Shown piece after piece: positions 61,001-63,260 of a DNA stretch of 63,260 nucleotides; within the stretch, counting starts at the first letter, position 1, and each line of letters starts with the position of its first letter. The notes below the pieces were generated by a model that saw only the letters and a list, made by a program, of their open reading frames with translations, was not told the origin of the DNA and searched no databases. Position numbers and translations under genes: made by a program. The DNA comes from Gammaproteobacteria bacterium (lineage in GTDB: Bacteria > Pseudomonadota > Gammaproteobacteria > JABDGN01). The stretch covers positions 1-63,260 of the forward strand of contig JAWUVP010000083.1 in assembly GCA_034112285.1 (NCBI GenBank). The letters run 5' to 3'.

Positions 61001-63260
61001 TCAGTATCTACCGTAAAACGTAACGGCAATGCATTGATGAATAAACCCACCATCTTATCAACATCGACCAGCTCAGCAGGACGCCCCGATACTGTCACGC
61101 CCATCAGCACATCATCACTGTCACTATAACGTGATAACACTATTCCCCATGCCAATTGCATTAACGCATTCAGCGTCACATTATTCTCACGTGCAAACTG
61201 CTCACATGACCTCGTTAACACCTCGGATAGCTCATGACGAACCTTACCTAATGACCTTATGGGCTTATGAATATCTAGCAGACCTTGGTTTATTCCTAAT
61301 GGGGTTGGCCCCTCTAGACCTGCCAACTCTTCTCGCCAGTATGCCTTACCTTCTGATTTGTCTTGACTCTGTAACCAACCTATATATCGCTCATAGCGTG
61401 GTGGGGTAATTAACTTAGCTGACCGTCCTGACAATAATGCACTGTAACGGGCTTTTAACTCATTAAACAGTAACGGTAAACACCAACCATCGAGTAATAT
61501 GTGATGATGACTCCATATAAAGCGATATTCTGTTTCGCTGAACTTAATGCAATGGAAGCGCATGATACAAGGTTTGCTTACATCAAATCCTCGATTTCTA
61601 TCCTCTAGTAAACAATCGGTATATCTTTGCTCTTGATCTAATTGATTTAAGCTGCTCCAATCTTCTTCATTCCAAGGTAATGCCACTTCTTTTTGGACAA
61701 TTTGAACTGGGTTATTTAAGGTCTCCCAAGCAAAACGGGTACGTAGAATGGCGTGAGATTTTACGATACCATGCCAAGCTTGTTTTAATGACGCTGTATT
61801 TACCTGCCCTGTATGATGCCAGTGTAGCTGAGTGTTATATTGGTCTGAACTCGGCGAATGCAGCGCATGGAAGAGAAGTCCTTCCTGTAATGGCGTTAGT
61901 GCATAGATATTGTCTATTGTATTGGCCTTATTTAAACCTTCTCCTGTTAGCAGGTTATCCAATGATGCTTGATCTAAATTTGATAATGGGTAGTCTGAGG
62001 GGGTTCTTTGCAACGTGCTTTTTAAGCTGCAACAATCTATTACTTGAACTAATGATTGATAAAACTTACTCTCCCAACCATTATATAATTCTTCGTCATA
62101 TCTCACATCAAAAGTTAGTATGTTATTGAGAACATAACCATTAATTTCAAGAACATTCTCTGCGAACGAATTAGCATGAGAAATATCGACACCTGAGTAC
62201 TCGTTTGTAATATTTATATTTTGTTCATTACTTCCATTAGAATCTAATACGCCTAAATAGTTAAAAACTATATCAATATCATCAAGAATTGACAAATACT
62301 TTTGTGTTTCCACAGAGCCATTATACCGAAGCAAGCCGAAGCCTAATCCTTTAGCTGGGACATTTCGCATTTGCTCTTTGACATCTTTTATTAATCCACC
62401 TACATCTTTAGACGAACATTCAGATCTTAGTTTTAAAGGATAAATCGAAGTAAACCATCCAACAGTCTCAGATAAATCTATCTCACTTGATATCTCTTCT
62501 CTTCCATGACCTTCCAGATTCAAATGCACTGAATCAACACCATTAAACTTATAGCACGTCAATAAAAATGCGGTCATAAACAAATCATTAATCGTTGTAT
62601 TAAACTTATTCGATGAACTGTTTAATAATTGAATAGTTTGTCTTTCACAAAGTTCTATTTTACTTGTTTTTAATTCATGTCGCCTTATATGATTCCGAGG
62701 AACGTAGTTATTTGCTACGTTTTTCCAATACATCAACTCATCACTGTTTTGTATGCTAGTAGTGTACTCTTGCAAAAAACCACTCCACTTTTTATAACTT
62801 GATGATTTATATAAATCCTCTGCATAACCACTTAATAACTTATTTAAATCTGACAAAATTATTCGCCATGACACCATATCAATAATCAAATGATGAGCAA
62901 CCATGAGTAATTTCTTTGCTGATGGACTGACAAACAAAACAAACCTTACAATCGGTCCGTCTTCGATATTAATATAACAGTGCTCCGCATCACAGAGAAC
63001 AAGCATTTCTTTGTGATCAATTGTTCCATCGAGTTCTATTTCTTGATAACTGTACTGATCATTATCACTATATTTTTGCAACCACCCGCAATCATTCCTA
63101 TTAAATTTTATTCTAAAGCAATCGTGATGCTTTACTAGCTTCCTTATTGACTCCTCAATATCGAATTTAGAAACATCATTGTTAATATTAAATATGAAGC
63201 TCTGATTAAAGTGATTTTTCGCAGGAAGCTCTTTACTAAAAAACCATTTCTGTATAGGTA
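58027..63260 (-). CDS. Non-ribosomal peptide synthetase, C-terminal part: E - C - A - T - TE (5' end outside the window)
   Basis: The frame stays open to nt 63260 (PIQKWFFSKELPAKNHFNQSFIF..., the start of an E domain).
E motif: HHLIIDMVSWRI.
C motifs: LTPLQEGLLFH, HHILLDGWC.
A motifs: LAYVLYTSGSTGKPKG, FDAATFE, NCYGPTE, YRTGDL, GRIDGQVKIRGFRIELGEIE, PLTKAGKTD.
T motif: GGDSLKS (Ser codon 58903-58905).
TE motif: GWSFGG. Confidence 0.92.
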   Translation of the reverse strand, partial: PIQKWFFSKELPAKNHFNQSFIFNINNDVSKFDIEESIRKLVKHHDCFRIKFNRNDCGWLQKYSDNDQYSYQEIELDGTIDHKEMLVLCDAEHCYINIEDGPIVRFVLFVSPSAKKLLMVAHHLIIDMVSWRIILSDLNKLLSGYAEDLYKSSSYKKWSGFLQEYTTSIQNSDELMYWKNVANNYVPRNHIRRHELKTSKIELCERQTIQLLNSSSNKFNTTINDLFMTAFLLTCYKFNGVDSVHLNLEGHGREEISSEIDLSETVGWFTSIYPLKLRSECSSKDVGGLIKDVKEQMRNVPAKGLGFGLLRYNGSVETQKYLSILDDIDIVFNYLGVLDSNGSNEQNINITNEYSGVDISHANSFAENVLEINGYVLNNILTFDVRYDEELYNGWESKFYQSLVQVIDCCSLKSTLQRTPSDYPLSNLDQASLDNLLTGEGLNKANTIDNIYALTPLQEGLLFHALHSPSSDQYNTQLHWHHTGQVNTASLKQAWHGIVKSHAILRTRFAWETLNNPVQIVQKEVALPWNEEDWSSLNQLDQEQRYTDCLLEDRNRGFDVSKPCIMRFHCIKFSETEYRFIWSHHHILLDGWCLPLLFNELKARYSALLSGRSAKLITPPRYERYIGWLQSQDKSEGKAYWREELAGLEGPTPLGINQGLLDIHKPIRSLGKVRHELSEVLTRSCEQFARENNVTLNALMQLAWGIVLSRYSDSDDVLMGVTVSGRPAELVDVDKMVGLFINALPLRFTVDTEGDVLSHLQRQHERMQLSNQYSYLTLGEVQAQSDISNELPLFYSLYVFENYPVGDSKDEANKLNFDKLLGQEKTNYPLVISISLSDNLMVDIAYDREVFLPYYVENLLLHLDLVLKWIIISPNKKMMEVPLLDNDEKTKLLSTWNNTVQAYPKKESLAELFSDQAKLNAQNIALIEGERELTYGELDKKTNQLAHFIREHYQRRTNKPLLRDMLIGVCLERGINSVIAMLAIIKSGGAYMPLSPEYPESRLQYMLEDSACELVLSTKILSESKFCMSTSQNKIICLESVDATLDNYQGDRPDIDVCGSDLAYVLYTSGSTGKPKGVMVEQHSVTSLAYDSDYIKFTPSERVAHLSNISFDAATFEVWVTLLRGATLVCVNKKTLLDVGKFKSYLYQKKIQHIFLTPSFFDNVLRSDNELFSKLSTIYLGGEKLQSNVVKTFFKNNKSVSLINCYGPTENTVFSTKEIVSNNNEIEQEVSIGTPVKNTTCYVLSKYGLLCPPGVPGELHVGGDGVARGYLNRAELTREKFIANPYGEGKLYRTGDLVRWLPEGKLQFIGRIDGQVKIRGFRIELGEIEAALLSMGDISRVATVVNKNQMIAIFYESQHEFCLSDLREYMDDLLPIFMLPGIYKMLAAIPLTKAGKTDYRQLRELADKECFGCVNDKPSTPTENKLYKIWRDVLQTNIISVNDSFFIQGGDSLKSMQLAEQLKKEFKINISSQWIFKNTTIKKQATELQVEKNKLLYEPIVKLNEDSSSVKLFIIHPGGGGCYSYLPLAEKLDEKYSVYGVDSYNLFSEGELINDIDVLAKLYTAYILDNIIKNESIFIAGWSFGGVLAYKIACLLGKKGVSIYKTIIIDSYLLHDMLDINNLNVLLDELLEKRLDSKLPSSFALRQKKVIIAEMEMLKKCKLEPSSLDVAFIKAKGKLEDPEASELVNNYFIAIANGDIEKWKSLCAVVDYYQLNADHWSIFKEELDSLVNIFNDILKKEIQ

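Noticed and set aside
61680-62129. 149-aa plus-strand ORF, plus many other 60-140-aa ORFs antisense to long genes (for example 2067-2498, 5669-6007, 17002-17376, 52534-52920, 57330-57743)
   Set aside because: They lie fully inside strongly supported genes on the opposite strand. Their compositions are typical of antisense frames, and nothing supports them independently.

Overview
About 40 kb of ordinary gammaproteobacterial core genome, followed by about 23 kb of accessory DNA. A Legionellales-like origin is only a guess.

Core, 1-39.9 kb: RND efflux pair, recJ, dusA, type-II thrB, a PTS-independent GlcNAc catabolic cluster, a fadE-thiolase-hydroxyacyl-CoA dehydrogenase-thioesterase block and a chagasin-type inhibitor. 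Then an orphan PAS histidine kinase, queA-tgt-yajC-secDF, sodC, accA-tilS, two FUSC-like proteins plus an O-methyltransferase, and purB/hflD/mnmA. It ends with icd, holB-pilZ, tatD and several MFS transporters. I found no tRNA, rRNA or CRISPR array. Two intergenic loci (29.46-29.74 kb and 38.3-38.6 kb) carry copies of one hairpin-forming REP-like repeat family. The second locus holds a 76-bp unit in about three tandem copies, which creates phantom ORFs.

Accessory region, about 40 kb onward:
- a secreted lipase-like protein
- a 438-aa orphan protein
- a Bcr/CflA-type MFS
- a tyrosine integrase
- frmAB (formaldehyde detoxification)
- a frameshifted transposase remnant

Main candidate, 48.7 kb to the window edge: an AT-rich, single-strand (minus), tightly coupled biosynthetic gene cluster. 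It contains an NRPS seen here as E-C-A-T-TE, with the ORF still open at nt 63260. It also contains an MFS exporter, a Glu/Leu/Phe/Val-type amino-acid dehydrogenase and an unrecognised 214-aa protein. The remaining genes are a free-standing carrier protein, an adenylate-forming ligase, a ThDP-dependent acetolactate-synthase-like enzyme and a Rieske non-heme-iron oxygenase. An IS3-family element sits inside the operon. I do not recognise this gene combination as any characterised cluster. Novelty cannot be established without database searches.
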